This document shows, one piece after another, positions 17,195-26,744 of a stretch of 64,000 nt of DNA. The DNA is from Bacteroidales bacterium. Its GTDB lineage: Bacteria; Bacteroidota; Bacteroidia; Bacteroidales; UBA1402. Position 1 is the first letter of the stretch. Each line of letters opens with the position of its first letter. Location: assembly GCA_045627385.1 (NCBI GenBank), contig JAZQNO010000028.1, positions 41,400-105,399 of the forward strand, given 5' to 3'. Below the pieces are notes generated by a model that did no database searches, was not told the origin of the DNA, and saw only the letters and a program-made list of their open reading frames with translations. The position numbers and the translations under genes are program-made.

Positions 17195-19864
17195 TCAGGC
17201 GTTCAGGCTTTCTTCGATGGCCTTGATCTTGGATTCGGCATCGGCCAGTTTCTTGCGCTCGAGTTCGACCACCTGAGCGGGAGCACGGCTGACGAAATTC
17301 TCGTTCGAAAGTTTCTTGAGCACGCCTTCGCGGAAACCGCGGAGATGGGCCAGTTCGGCTTCCATCTTCTTTTTCTCTTCGTCGTTGTCGACCAGATCGC
17401 CTACGGGAACGGCAAATTCGGTCTTGTCCACACGGAAGCCGGCGGCTTTGGCGTTCTTGGTTTCGACAAGGCTGATGCCTGACAGGTTGGCCATTTTTTC
17501 CAGCACGCAGTCGTAGGCGGAATCGTAGTCGCCGATGACCTCCAACTGGAGGGCTATCTTGTTGGCGATGTTCTTTTCCAGTCGGATGGTGCGGATGCCG
17601 GCGATGATGTTCTTGACCGTTTCGAACTTGTCGATGACAGTCTGGTCGAAAGCCTGCACTTTGGGCTGCTGTCTGACCATGATGCTTTCGCCTTCGGCTC
17701 TGGTTTCGATGGCTTGCCACAGTTCTTCCGTGATGAAAGGCATGAAAGGATGCAGCAGCAGGCAGAGCTGTTCGAAGAAGGAGAGGGTGGCGTCCATCGT
17801 GGCCTTGTCGACAGGCTGCTGATAGGCGGGTTTGACGAGTTCGAGATACCAGGCGGAGAATTCGTCCCAGAACAGTTTGTAGACGCACATCAGCGCTTCC
17901 GACAGACGGTATTTGCTGAAGAGGTCGTCCATTTCGGCGACGGATTTCTTGAGCTGGGCGTCGAACCATTCCACGGCGATGCGGGAAGATTCGCTCTGGG
18001 CGAGGTTTTCATCGACCGTCCAACCCTTGATGAGTCGGAAGGCGTTCCAGATCTTGTTGTTGAAGTTGCGGCCCTGCTCGCAGAGAGAGTCGTCGAAAAG
18101 GATGTCGTTGCCGGCAGGAGCCGAAAGCATCATGCCCATACGCACGCCGTCGGCGCCGAAGCGGTCGATGAGTTCCAGCGGATCGGGACTGTTGCCGAGC
18201 GACTTGCTCATCTTGCGGCCCAGTTTGTCGCGCACGATACCCGTGAAATAGACATTGCGGAAAGGCATGTCGCCGCGGTACTCGTAACCGGCCATGATCA
18301 TACGGGCTACCCAGAAGAAAATGATGTCCGGGCCGGTGATCAGGTCGCTGGTGGGATAGTAATAGTTGATTTCCTCGTTGTCGGCATCGCTCAGACCGTT
18401 GAACAGGCTGATGGGCCAGAGCCAGCTGCTGAACCAAGTGTCGAGCACGTCTTCATCCTGACGCAGGTCTCCGGCCTTCAGCGCGGGCTTGCCCTGACGC
18501 TGTGCATTGGCCAGTTCGAGCGCTTCTTCGGCCGTTTCCGCCACCACGTATCCGCCTTCGGGCAGATAGTAGGCGGGAATGCGGTGACCCCACCAGAGCT
18601 GGCGGCTGATGCACCAGTCCTTGATGTTTTCGAGCCAGGCGCGGTAGGTGTTCTTGTACTTCGGAGGATAGAATTTCAGTTCGTCGTTCATGACGGGAGG
18701 CAGGGCGATGTCGGCGAAATGCTGCATCTTCAGGAACCACTGCATCGAGAGTTTGGGCTCGATGACGGCATCGGTGCGCTCGCTGTGGCCCACCTTGTTG
18801 ACATAGTCCTCTTCCTTTTCCAGAAGACCGGCCTGCTTGAGGTCGATGTCAATCTGCTTGCGCACGTCGAAGCGGTCCATGCCGACGTAAAGTCCGGCAG
18901 CTTCCGACAGGGTGCCGTTGTCGTTGAAGATGTCGATGGAAGGCAAGTGGTATTTTTCGCCCAGCATATAGTCGTTGACATCGTGCGCGGGAGTCACTTT
19001 CAGACATCCGGTACCGAATTCGATGTCCACATATTCGTCTTCGATGACTGGAATGGCGCGTTCCACCAGCGGTACGACCACCTTATGACCGCTGAGCCAG
19101 CGGTTCTTGGCATCCTTGGGGTTGATACACATGGCCGTGTCGCCCATGATGGTCTCCGGACGGGTGGTGGCGACAACCGCATAGTAGCCTTTCTCGTCGC
19201 GGTGGAGCACTTCGCCTTCCTGTCCGGTCGGTCTGACATTCTCCTGGTCGGCCACGTAATATTTCAGATAATAAAGCTTGTTGTGCTCTTCTTTGTAGAT
19301 GACTTCTTCATCGCTGAGGGCCGTCTGGCGTTCGGGGTCCCAGTTGACCATGCGCACGCCTCGGTAGATTAGTCCTTTGTTGTAGAGGTCCACGAACACT
19401 TTGATGACACTCTTCGAACGCTCTTCGTCCATAGTGAAGGCCGTGCGGTCCCAGTCACAACTGGCACCCAGACGGCGCAACTGCTTGAGAATGATGCCGC
19501 CGTGCTCTTCTTTCCATGCCCAGGCGTGCTCGAGAAACTGTTCTCGGGTGAGGTCGCTCTTGCTGATGCCCTGTTCGGCCAGTTTCTTGACGACCTTGGC
19601 TTCGGTGGCGATGGAGGCGTGGTCGGTGCCGGGCACCCAGAGGGCGTTCTTCCCCTGCATGCGGGCGCGGCGCACGAGAATGTCCTGAATGGTATTGTTG
19701 AGCATGTGGCCCATGTGGAGGACACCGGTCACATTTGGCGGCGGAATGACGATGGTGTAGGCTTCACGGCCGTCGGGTTCGCTGTGAAACAACTTGTGGT
19801 CGGTCCAATACTGGTACCATTTGCCTTCAACTTCGGCTGGATTGTACTTGGTAGGGAGTTCCAT
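17195..19864 (-). CDS. valS: Valyl-tRNA synthetase
   Basis: The HIGH region [13 protein letters not shown] and the KMSKS motif (RKMSKSLGN) are present. Start set at the ATG at 19864 ([13 protein letters not shown]); the track ORF begins at an upstream TTG. Confidence 0.95.
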   Translation of the reverse strand: MELPTKYNPAEVEGKWYQYWTDHKLFHSEPDGREAYTIVIPPPNVTGVLHMGHMLNNTIQDILVRRARMQGKNALWVPGTDHASIATEAKVVKKLAEQGISKSDLTREQFLEHAWAWKEEHGGIILKQLRRLGASCDWDRTAFTMDEERSKSVIKVFVDLYNKGLIYRGVRMVNWDPERQTALSDEEVIYKEEHNKLYYLKYYVADQENVRPTGQEGEVLHRDEKGYYAVVATTRPETIMGDTAMCINPKDAKNRWLSGHKVVVPLVERAIPVIEDEYVDIEFGTGCLKVTPAHDVNDYMLGEKYHLPSIDIFNDNGTLSEAAGLYVGMDRFDVRKQIDIDLKQAGLLEKEEDYVNKVGHSERTDAVIEPKLSMQWFLKMQHFADIALPPVMNDELKFYPPKYKNTYRAWLENIKDWCISRQLWWGHRIPAYYLPEGGYVVAETAEEALELANAQRQGKPALKAGDLRQDEDVLDTWFSSWLWPISLFNGLSDADNEEINYYYPTSDLITGPDIIFFWVARMIMAGYEYRGDMPFRNVYFTGIVRDKLGRKMSKSLGNSPDPLELIDRFGADGVRMGMMLSAPAGNDILFDDSLCEQGRNFNNKIWNAFRLIKGWTVDENLAQSESSRIAVEWFDAQLKKSVAEMDDLFSKYRLSEALMCVYKLFWDEFSAWYLELVKPAYQQPVDKATMDATLSFFEQLCLLLHPFMPFITEELWQAIETRAEGESIMVRQQPKVQAFDQTVIDKFETVKNIIAGIRTIRLEKNIANKIALQLEVIGDYDSAYDCVLEKMANLSGISLVETKNAKAAGFRVDKTEFAVPVGDLVDNDEEKKKMEAELAHLRGFREGVLKKLSNENFVSRAPAQVVELERKKLADAESKIKAIEESLNA

Positions 19865-19916
19865 AGGGCGGTATGTCAATGTTGATTGTCTTTGCAGAGG
19901 CTTTTTAATCAAGCCG

Positions 19917-19924
19917 CAAAGGTA
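19917..19924 (-). promoter_or_regulatory. Candidate -7 box (TACCTTTG) for valS
   Basis: Matches TAnnTTTG on the minus strand, 53 nt upstream of the ATG at 19864 and inside the longer track ORF. Confidence 0.45.
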
Positions 19925-19974
19925 ATCTTTTGAATGCTCAAAAGCAACCCTGCCCGTGGCAAATGATCAGAGAC

Positions 19975-20580
19975 TTACTGAATGGCTCCGTGACCCAGCA
20001 CGGCGATGTTGGAGGTGAACATGCCGACGGCGATGGCTAAAAGCATCACGCCGAAGAATTTTCGGATCATGTACATGAACTGGTCGCCCAGCTTTTTCTG
20101 TATCTTGTCGGTCAGAATGAGCACGAGGAACACCCATATCATATTGAGTGTCAGCCCGGTGAGGATGTTGATGTCGGCATAGTCGGCTTTCAGGGCGATG
20201 ATGGACGTCAGTGAGCCTGCGCCGGCCAGCATGGGAAAGACGATGGGAATGAAGGTGGCCTCGGAACTGGGACCGTTGTAGTGGAAGATTTCAATGTCCA
20301 GCAGCATTTCCAGAGACATCAGCATGAGGATGATGGAGCCGGCCACGGCGAACGAGTTGATGTTGATGCTGAAGAAGGTGAGCACGGCATCGCCGCCGAA
20401 GAAGAAGGTCAGCAGCAGCAAAAAGGTGCACAAGGTGGCTTTGAGCGGACTCACGGTTTTGCCTTTTTTTCTGAGATCCAAGATGATAGGTGCGGCACCG
20501 ACGGCATCGATGATGGCCAGAAGAATGAGGAATGCGCTCAGCGATTCTCTGAGGTTGAATTGGGAGAATATCTGTGTCAT
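19975..20580 (-). CDS. MarC/UPF0056-family integral membrane protein
   Basis: 201 aa with six predicted TM segments. The N-terminus FLILLAIIDAVGAAPI is typical of the MarC family. Confidence 0.75.
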   Translation of the reverse strand: MTQIFSQFNLRESLSAFLILLAIIDAVGAAPIILDLRKKGKTVSPLKATLCTFLLLLTFFFGGDAVLTFFSININSFAVAGSIILMLMSLEMLLDIEIFHYNGPSSEATFIPIVFPMLAGAGSLTSIIALKADYADINILTGLTLNMIWVFLVLILTDKIQKKLGDQFMYMIRKFFGVMLLAIAVGMFTSNIAVLGHGAIQ

Positions 20581-20616
20581 ACAGGCGGTTTGTCAAATGG
20601 TTTTCGAAATTCGCCG

Positions 20617-20624
20617 CAAAATTA
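20617..20624 (-). promoter_or_regulatory. Candidate -7 box (TAATTTTG) for the marC-like gene
   Basis: Matches TAnnTTTG on the minus strand, 37 nt upstream of the ATG. Confidence 0.5.
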
Positions 20625-20689
20625 ATGATTGTATAAATATCGGTCAAATATACACGAGAAAAAATGAATCGGAAATGAGGAAAAAATGG

Positions 20690-20697
20690 TAATTTTG
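20690..20697 (+). promoter_or_regulatory. Candidate -7 box (TAATTTTG) for mazG
   Basis: Matches TAnnTTTG 20 nt upstream of the ATG at 20717. Confidence 0.5.
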
Positions 20698-20716
20698 CGG
20701 AAAGCGTTCACACGGA

Positions 20717-21547
20717 ATGAATATGTCACACGATAAGGAATCGAAAATGCAGGCTTTCGGCCGTCTGCTCGACATTATGGACGAGCTGCGTGCCAAATGC
20801 CCTTGGGACGGCAAACAGACGTTCGACAGTCTGCGTCCTCTGTCAATTGAAGAACTGTACGAACTGAGCGACGCGCTCGTCAAGAAGAACTACGACGATG
20901 TCTGCAAGGAACTGGGCGATCTGCTGATGCACATCACTTTCTACGCCAAGATAGGAGAGGAGAAGCAGCTGTTCGACATTCAGGATGTCTGCGAACATAT
21001 CTGCGAAAAGCTCGTCTACCGTCACCCGCATATATACGGCGATACGGTCGCTGAGACGGCCAAGGCGGTGGAACAGAATTGGGAAAAGCTGAAACTCAGG
21101 GAAAAAGGCGGCAACAAGACAGTTCTGGCCGGCGTTCCCGACGGACTGCCTTCGATGGTCAAGGCCTACCGCATGCAGGACAAGGCCCGCGGTGTGGGCT
21201 TTGACTGGAGCGACCCTCAAGGTGCCTGGGACAAGGTGCAGGAAGAAATCTCTGAGGTCCGACAGGAAATGGACGCGCTGAAAAGCGCCGACAAGGCCCA
21301 GTCACTGTCGGAAACCGACCGCAGCCGTCTGGAGTCGGAATTCGGTGACCTGTTTTTCAGTCTCATCAATGTGGCCCGACTTTACAAGGTCAATCCTGAC
21401 AATGCTTTGGAACATACCAATCTGAAGTTTCATCAGCGTTTTGACTATCTGGAGGAGAAGACCCTTCAGGCAGGCCGACAGCTCAAAGATATGACACTGG
21501 AGGAAATGGATGCCCTATGGGAGGAGTCCAAGCAACTTTACCGATAA
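20717..21547 (+). CDS. mazG: Nucleoside triphosphate pyrophosphohydrolase MazG
   Basis: Motifs LRAKCPWD, EELYELSDA and GDLLMHI are present, and the MazG domain is duplicated. Confidence 0.88.
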   Translation: MNMSHDKESKMQAFGRLLDIMDELRAKCPWDGKQTFDSLRPLSIEELYELSDALVKKNYDDVCKELGDLLMHITFYAKIGEEKQLFDIQDVCEHICEKLVYRHPHIYGDTVAETAKAVEQNWEKLKLREKGGNKTVLAGVPDGLPSMVKAYRMQDKARGVGFDWSDPQGAWDKVQEEISEVRQEMDALKSADKAQSLSETDRSRLESEFGDLFFSLINVARLYKVNPDNALEHTNLKFHQRFDYLEEKTLQAGRQLKDMTLEEMDALWEESKQLYR

Positions 21548-21562
21548 CGATCTGATGGCGGA

Positions 21563-23032
21563 ATGACTGTTCCTGAGGCTTTTGAATCACAGATGCGGGC
21601 GCTGCTGCCTGAGGAGTACGAGGCTTTTGTCTCGGCCATGGATCGGCCTGCCGTGGCCAGTCTGCGTCTGAACCGTCGCAAGTCAGAGGGCATTTCTTTG
21701 CCGGCTGCGGAAATCTCCCGCGTGCCCTGGTGCCCGGCGGGTGTCTGTCTGGAAACGCGTCCGTCCTACACGGCAGACCCTCTGTTTCATGCCGGCTGCT
21801 ATTATGTGCAGGAAACTTCGTCTATGTTTCTGTGGACGGCCGTGGCGCAAGCGCTTCGGACGATGGATGTGCAAGGGAAAGCTCTGCGGGTGCTGGATCT
21901 GTGCGCCGCTCCAGGCGGCAAGTCTACTCTGTTGCTCGATGCGCTTCCCGAGGGCAGTCTGCTGGTGGCCAACGAGGTGGTCCCTCAGCGTGCCCATATT
22001 CTGGCTGAAAATCTCATCAAATGGGGAAATGCCCATATCATGGTCACCCAAGCCGATCCTTCGGCATTCGGCCGTCTGTTCCAATCGGGTCGGAAAAATT
22101 GGGAAAAGGCTTTTCCCGACGGCGGTTTCGACCTGATATTGACCGATGTGCCCTGCTCCGGAGAAGGGATGTTCCGTAAAGAACCGGAGGCGGTGCGCCA
22201 GTGGACTCCCGGTCTGGTGGCCGATACGGCCGCTCTCCAACGCGAAATCTTGCGCTCGGTCTGGCCGGCGCTGCGTCCGGGCGGCTGTCTCATCTACAGT
22301 ACCTGCACGTTCAATCTCAGGGAAAATGAGGAAAATGTCCTGTGGATGGTTCGCGAATTGGACGCCAGACCGGTTCCCATCGATACGCAGGACATTCTGG
22401 GGAAGAGCAGGGAAGAGCTCGCGCTGAGCGGCTCGCTCGATTACGCCGAAGGCAAAGATTTGCCAGTCAACCGTTTCCTGTTTCACCGTACCTCCGGGGA
22501 AGGCCTGTTCATGACCTTGCTCCGAAAGGAATCCTCCTCAACCGCCTCGGCTGCCGAAAAGCGTTTGTCAGCGGATGCATCCGCTGACAGACAGAAAGCC
22601 GCCGATCGTGAACTCTTGCTCAAATGCGGATTGAAGCGGCCAGAACAATTTCTCCATACGGAATTCGCCGGCCGGCACTGGGCTTTGCCCCTGATGCTCG
22701 GCCCAGTGTTTGAAGCTTTCGACAAGGCGCATATCCGCTTGCTTCATACCGGTATTTGTCTGGGAGAACTCAAGGGAAAGGATCTGGTTCCCGACGTGTC
22801 TCTGGCGCTGAGCTGCGAACTCGACACCGACCGTGTCGCCACCTGCGCGCTTGACCGTCCGCAAGCCCTCGCATACCTGCGTCGGGAGGCTTTGGTATTG
22901 CCTCCGGAGACGCCTAGAGGCTTTGTTCTGCTCTGTTACGAAGGCTGGCCCTTGGGTTGGGTGAAGAACCTCGGAAACCGCGCGAATAATATGTATCCAA
23001 ACGAATGGCGCATCCGTTCGCAAATAGTGTAA
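21563..23032 (+). CDS. rRNA cytosine-C5 methyltransferase (NOL1/NOP2/Sun, RsmF-like)
   Basis: The SAM motif DLCAAPGGKS and the catalytic motifs TDVPCSGEGMFRK and YSTCT are present. Confidence 0.85.
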   Translation: MTVPEAFESQMRALLPEEYEAFVSAMDRPAVASLRLNRRKSEGISLPAAEISRVPWCPAGVCLETRPSYTADPLFHAGCYYVQETSSMFLWTAVAQALRTMDVQGKALRVLDLCAAPGGKSTLLLDALPEGSLLVANEVVPQRAHILAENLIKWGNAHIMVTQADPSAFGRLFQSGRKNWEKAFPDGGFDLILTDVPCSGEGMFRKEPEAVRQWTPGLVADTAALQREILRSVWPALRPGGCLIYSTCTFNLRENEENVLWMVRELDARPVPIDTQDILGKSREELALSGSLDYAEGKDLPVNRFLFHRTSGEGLFMTLLRKESSSTASAAEKRLSADASADRQKAADRELLLKCGLKRPEQFLHTEFAGRHWALPLMLGPVFEAFDKAHIRLLHTGICLGELKGKDLVPDVSLALSCELDTDRVATCALDRPQALAYLRREALVLPPETPRGFVLLCYEGWPLGWVKNLGNRANNMYPNEWRIRSQIV

Positions 23033-23054
23033 TCAAATCAACAAACAATTGAAT

Positions 23055-23576
23055 ATGAAAAAGATAGGCCTTATATCAGATACCCATTCCTACTGGGATC
23101 CCCGTTTCGCGGACTATTTTGCCTGCTGCGATGAAATCTGGCATGCCGGAGACTTCGGATCGGAGGAAATTGCTGAAAAATTGCTGGAAGTGAAGCCTCT
23201 CCGCGGTGTCGCCGGCAATTGCGACGGATATCCGATCCGATACCAGTTCGGGCCGGCCCTGTATTTCGAAGTGGAGGGGGTGAGTGTGCTGCTGACCCAT
23301 ATCGGAGGATACCCCGGACACTATGCGCCACAGATTGTGCGGGCGCTCGACGAGTATCGGCCGAAACTTTTCGTCTGCGGTCATTCGCACATAGCCAAAG
23401 TCGTGTTCGACAAGTCGCGTCAGATGCTGTGTGTCAATCCTGGGGCTGCAGGACGACAGGGCTTTCATTTGATCAGAACGCTGATGCGTTTCGACTTGAA
23501 TGAAGGCAATATCGAAAATCTGGAAGTGATCGAACTCGGTCCGCGTGTGGAAGCGGCCGATGCACCGGAAGAGTAA
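23055..23576 (+). CDS. YfcE/MJ0936-type metallophosphoesterase
   Basis: Motifs ISDTHS, HAGD and GHSH are present. The ATG at 23055 is preferred over the TTG at 23049. Confidence 0.8.
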   Translation: MKKIGLISDTHSYWDPRFADYFACCDEIWHAGDFGSEEIAEKLLEVKPLRGVAGNCDGYPIRYQFGPALYFEVEGVSVLLTHIGGYPGHYAPQIVRALDEYRPKLFVCGHSHIAKVVFDKSRQMLCVNPGAAGRQGFHLIRTLMRFDLNEGNIENLEVIELGPRVEAADAPEE

Positions 23577-23591
23577 GGGCTTCAAATCGTC

Positions 23592-26500
23592 TTAGAAACC
23601 GCGTCCGCCACCCATTCCGCCGGGGGCGCCGCCGCCGAATCCGCCGCCATTGAAACCTCCTCCGCCCATGTTGCCGCCTCGGGAACCTCCCATTCGGCCG
23701 CCGTTCATATTGCCTGTGGGCATTTCGGCAGGAGCTTGGAACGAATTGCCGTTGTCGCCGTTGGCGGCAGCCGACTCGGAATCGTCACTGCCCATGGTGC
23801 TGTTGGCTTCGGCGATGACATCGCGTCTGGCGCGGCTGCCTTGGTTCATACCCTGTCCACGGCCTCCCGGACGACCGCCGAAACGGCGTACACGGTAGGT
23901 GAGCGAAAGCATGAAATAGGAGGTCAGCATATCGGACTGGGAATAGGAGACTGAGTTGTCGCCGATGTTCTGGTTGATGTTCTGCCGCTGGCGCAGAATG
24001 TCGTTGGCACTCAACTGCAGTGTGAATTTCTTCTTGAAGACCGGCGCGTTGATGCTGGCGTTCCAGAGCAGTTCGTTGCGGTCGAAGCCTGCGTAACCCT
24101 GACGGGCATTGAAACTGAGGTTGTTGTCGATGTTGATGTTGTAGGGAAGATGCAGGGTGACGTTGCCCGAAGTGGACCAGTTGATGGTGCTGCGGTTGCC
24201 GGTGCTGGTGTTGAGGTTGTTGAGTGTGTTGGAATAGCGGAACTGGCCGCGTGCGCCGACTTCGATGATGTCGTGCGTGAGGGTGAGCGACAGGTTTTCG
24301 CTAACGCTGTAGTTGTCGGTGATGCTGCGGTCGCCCAGCACCAGCTTTCCGTCAATGATGTCGTTGGGGTCGATGTTCTCCAGAGCCACGTTGCGGCTCG
24401 AATAACCGATGCGCTGTTGATAGCTGGCGCTGGTGTTGGTGTTGAGATGCAGACGGTTCTGGATGATGGGACGGTTGTACATGACGCTTCCGTTCAGATT
24501 GAACGGATCTCTTTCGGCATTGACCGTCTGGCTGTATTGCTTGCCCGAGGCGTCGTAGATGCTGTTGCTGACGAGGGCGTCCTTGGTCACTGTGGCGTTG
24601 AGGGAGGTGCTGAAGGAGGCGAAGGTCACCTGGTTCGACTTGGAGTACTGCAGACGCATCGTGTGGGCGAAAGAGGGCAGCAGATAGGGGTTGCCCACCG
24701 TTTCGCGCATGGCGTTGGTATTGTTCTTGACGGGCTGCATCTGCTGGATGGACGGCTCGCTGGAGCGGCCGCGGTATTCCACGCGTACATATTCGCGGCG
24801 GTTGCCTCCCAGATTCCAGCGGACATTCAGTGAAGGAGAATAGTTGAAAACGGAATTGGGAATGTCACGCACGGTTCCGTCGCCGTACAGAGTGTAGCTG
24901 TAGCTCTGTGAAGGCTGGGCGGTCATGCCGGCCGTCAGATTCAGGTTGGTGCCGCGGTAATTGTAGTTCAGCGAGAGGTCTTCCGAAAGACTGCGGTTCC
25001 AGGTCTCGTTGCTGTATTCTTCGTTCCAGCTGGTCCATTCTCCGGTGAGTTCGTCGTAGTCGTACTGGTCGCGGACGGAACTGCGGTTGGAGTAGTTGAC
25101 CGATCCGTTGAATTCGATGACGTTGTAGATGTTCCACAAGGGCTCGACAAAAGATCCCCGGAACGAGAGCGAGTAGTTGTCCGACCGGTTCTTGTTCCTC
25201 TGGTTGCGGATATCGGCCGAATCGCCGGGCATGTATTTGTTGGAAATGTTGGTGCCTTCACCCTTGCTGTTGCTGAAATTGCCGCGCAGGTTTCCGGTGA
25301 GGGTGCGGCCCTGTTTCTTTCCCGATTTGTGGCTGAACATGACGGTCAGGCCCGCATTCACGTTTCTCGAACTGTTGTCGTTGGCGGAATTGCCCCAGGA
25401 GGTGGTGTCGCCGTTGGTGTAGTACTCGAAGGTGCGGTCGCTGTGGCTGGAGTTGAAGCCGTAGCTCAGATTGGGCTGGATGACCAGGGTGTTGAGCGTG
25501 TCGAGTTTCCAGTGCAGGTCGTAGTTGAGACTGGCGTTGTTGCTCACCGAGTAGGAACGCGAGAAGGAGGTGTCGGCGCTGGTCACGTCGCGCAGCCAGC
25601 TTTCTGTCTTGGAACTGCTGCGTCCCTGGTTGGTGGAGTGGTTGTAGGTGATGTGGCCGCTCATGTCGACCGAGTCGCCTTTGAACGACATGCTGTTGTT
25701 GACACCGATGTTCTGGGTGGAGGTGATGCCGCTGCCGCCGCTCCATCCGCGGTTGCCGGCACCTCGGCTGCTGCGGGAGCCGTTGGCGTTGTTGGCGCCG
25801 GCTGTGAGACTGGTCCGGATGTCTTTGTTGAACCAGTTGATCATGGTGTTGGCGTTGTAGCGGGCGTCTTCGTCGATAAACTTGTCGATCCAGCGGTCAT
25901 AGGGTTCGCTGCGGTAGTTGCTGTTGCGGTATGTGGGTGAAACGTAATCTTTAAAACCCTTGTCGTAGTCGGCACCCAGACCGCCGCCCAGATTGCCGAA
26001 GGTGCCCTTGTTGCGGTCGGGCTTGATTTTCAGATTGATGATGCGTTTGGTCTCGCCGTCTTCCACGCCGGTCAGCTGGGCCATTTCCGATTTTTCGTCA
26101 ATCACCTGCACCTTGTCGATCATGTCGGCCGTGAGGTTTTTGGTGACCATCTCGATATCGCCGTCGAAGAATTTCTTTCCGTCCACACGGATGCGGCTGA
26201 TGCTTTCTCCGTTGACCGTGATGTTGCCGTCCACATCGACCACAAATCCTGGCAGTCGTTTGAACAGGTCTTCAACAACGGCATCTTCCTGCAGTTTGAA
26301 GGCCCCCGCGTTGTATTCGACGGTGTCGCCCTTGACGATCATCTGCGCGGCCATTCCCGACACTTCGGCCTCCTTCAGCATTTTCACATCCTCTTCCATC
26401 ATGATGTTGTTGAGAATGCGCGACTTTCCCTTGATTTCGACATTGACGAACTGGGTCTTGTAAGTCAGATACTTGACTTCGATGATGTAATTGCCGTTGC

Positions 26501-26708
26501 TGACCTTGTTGAAAGAAAATCGTCCGGCAAAGTCGGTCACGGTACCGTTCACCATCATGGAGTCCTGTGCCCGCAGCATTCTCACGGTCGCCATTTCGAC
26601 CGCGCCTTCATTGACCTTGTCAAGCACCTTTCCTTGAAGGGTGTACTGGGCTGAAACCCTGACAAAGCAGGTCAGACAGCAAATAATGGTGACGAGTTTT
26701 CGCAACAT
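23592..26708 (-). CDS. Outer-membrane beta-barrel protein with N-terminal CarboxypepD_reg-like domain and plug-like segment (OMP_b-brl_3-type), paralog 1
   Basis: Signal peptide, then YTLQGKVLD...GNYIIEVKYLTYK (carboxypeptidase-regulatory fold), then LFKRLPGFVVD...VNGESISRIRVDGKKFF (plug-like). A long Asn/Ser/Tyr/Thr-rich barrel ends in ...LTYRVRRF and is followed by a 95-aa low-complexity tail. Confidence 0.75.
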   Translation of the reverse strand: MLRKLVTIICCLTCFVRVSAQYTLQGKVLDKVNEGAVEMATVRMLRAQDSMMVNGTVTDFAGRFSFNKVSNGNYIIEVKYLTYKTQFVNVEIKGKSRILNNIMMEEDVKMLKEAEVSGMAAQMIVKGDTVEYNAGAFKLQEDAVVEDLFKRLPGFVVDVDGNITVNGESISRIRVDGKKFFDGDIEMVTKNLTADMIDKVQVIDEKSEMAQLTGVEDGETKRIINLKIKPDRNKGTFGNLGGGLGADYDKGFKDYVSPTYRNSNYRSEPYDRWIDKFIDEDARYNANTMINWFNKDIRTSLTAGANNANGSRSSRGAGNRGWSGGSGITSTQNIGVNNSMSFKGDSVDMSGHITYNHSTNQGRSSSKTESWLRDVTSADTSFSRSYSVSNNASLNYDLHWKLDTLNTLVIQPNLSYGFNSSHSDRTFEYYTNGDTTSWGNSANDNSSRNVNAGLTVMFSHKSGKKQGRTLTGNLRGNFSNSKGEGTNISNKYMPGDSADIRNQRNKNRSDNYSLSFRGSFVEPLWNIYNVIEFNGSVNYSNRSSVRDQYDYDELTGEWTSWNEEYSNETWNRSLSEDLSLNYNYRGTNLNLTAGMTAQPSQSYSYTLYGDGTVRDIPNSVFNYSPSLNVRWNLGGNRREYVRVEYRGRSSEPSIQQMQPVKNNTNAMRETVGNPYLLPSFAHTMRLQYSKSNQVTFASFSTSLNATVTKDALVSNSIYDASGKQYSQTVNAERDPFNLNGSVMYNRPIIQNRLHLNTNTSASYQQRIGYSSRNVALENIDPNDIIDGKLVLGDRSITDNYSVSENLSLTLTHDIIEVGARGQFRYSNTLNNLNTSTGNRSTINWSTSGNVTLHLPYNINIDNNLSFNARQGYAGFDRNELLWNASINAPVFKKKFTLQLSANDILRQRQNINQNIGDNSVSYSQSDMLTSYFMLSLTYRVRRFGGRPGGRGQGMNQGSRARRDVIAEANSTMGSDDSESAAANGDNGNSFQAPAEMPTGNMNGGRMGGSRGGNMGGGGFNGGGFGGGAPGGMGGGRGF

Positions 26709-26744
26709 TGGAATAATCTCAATTTTGAATGGTGGGAGCCTTTA

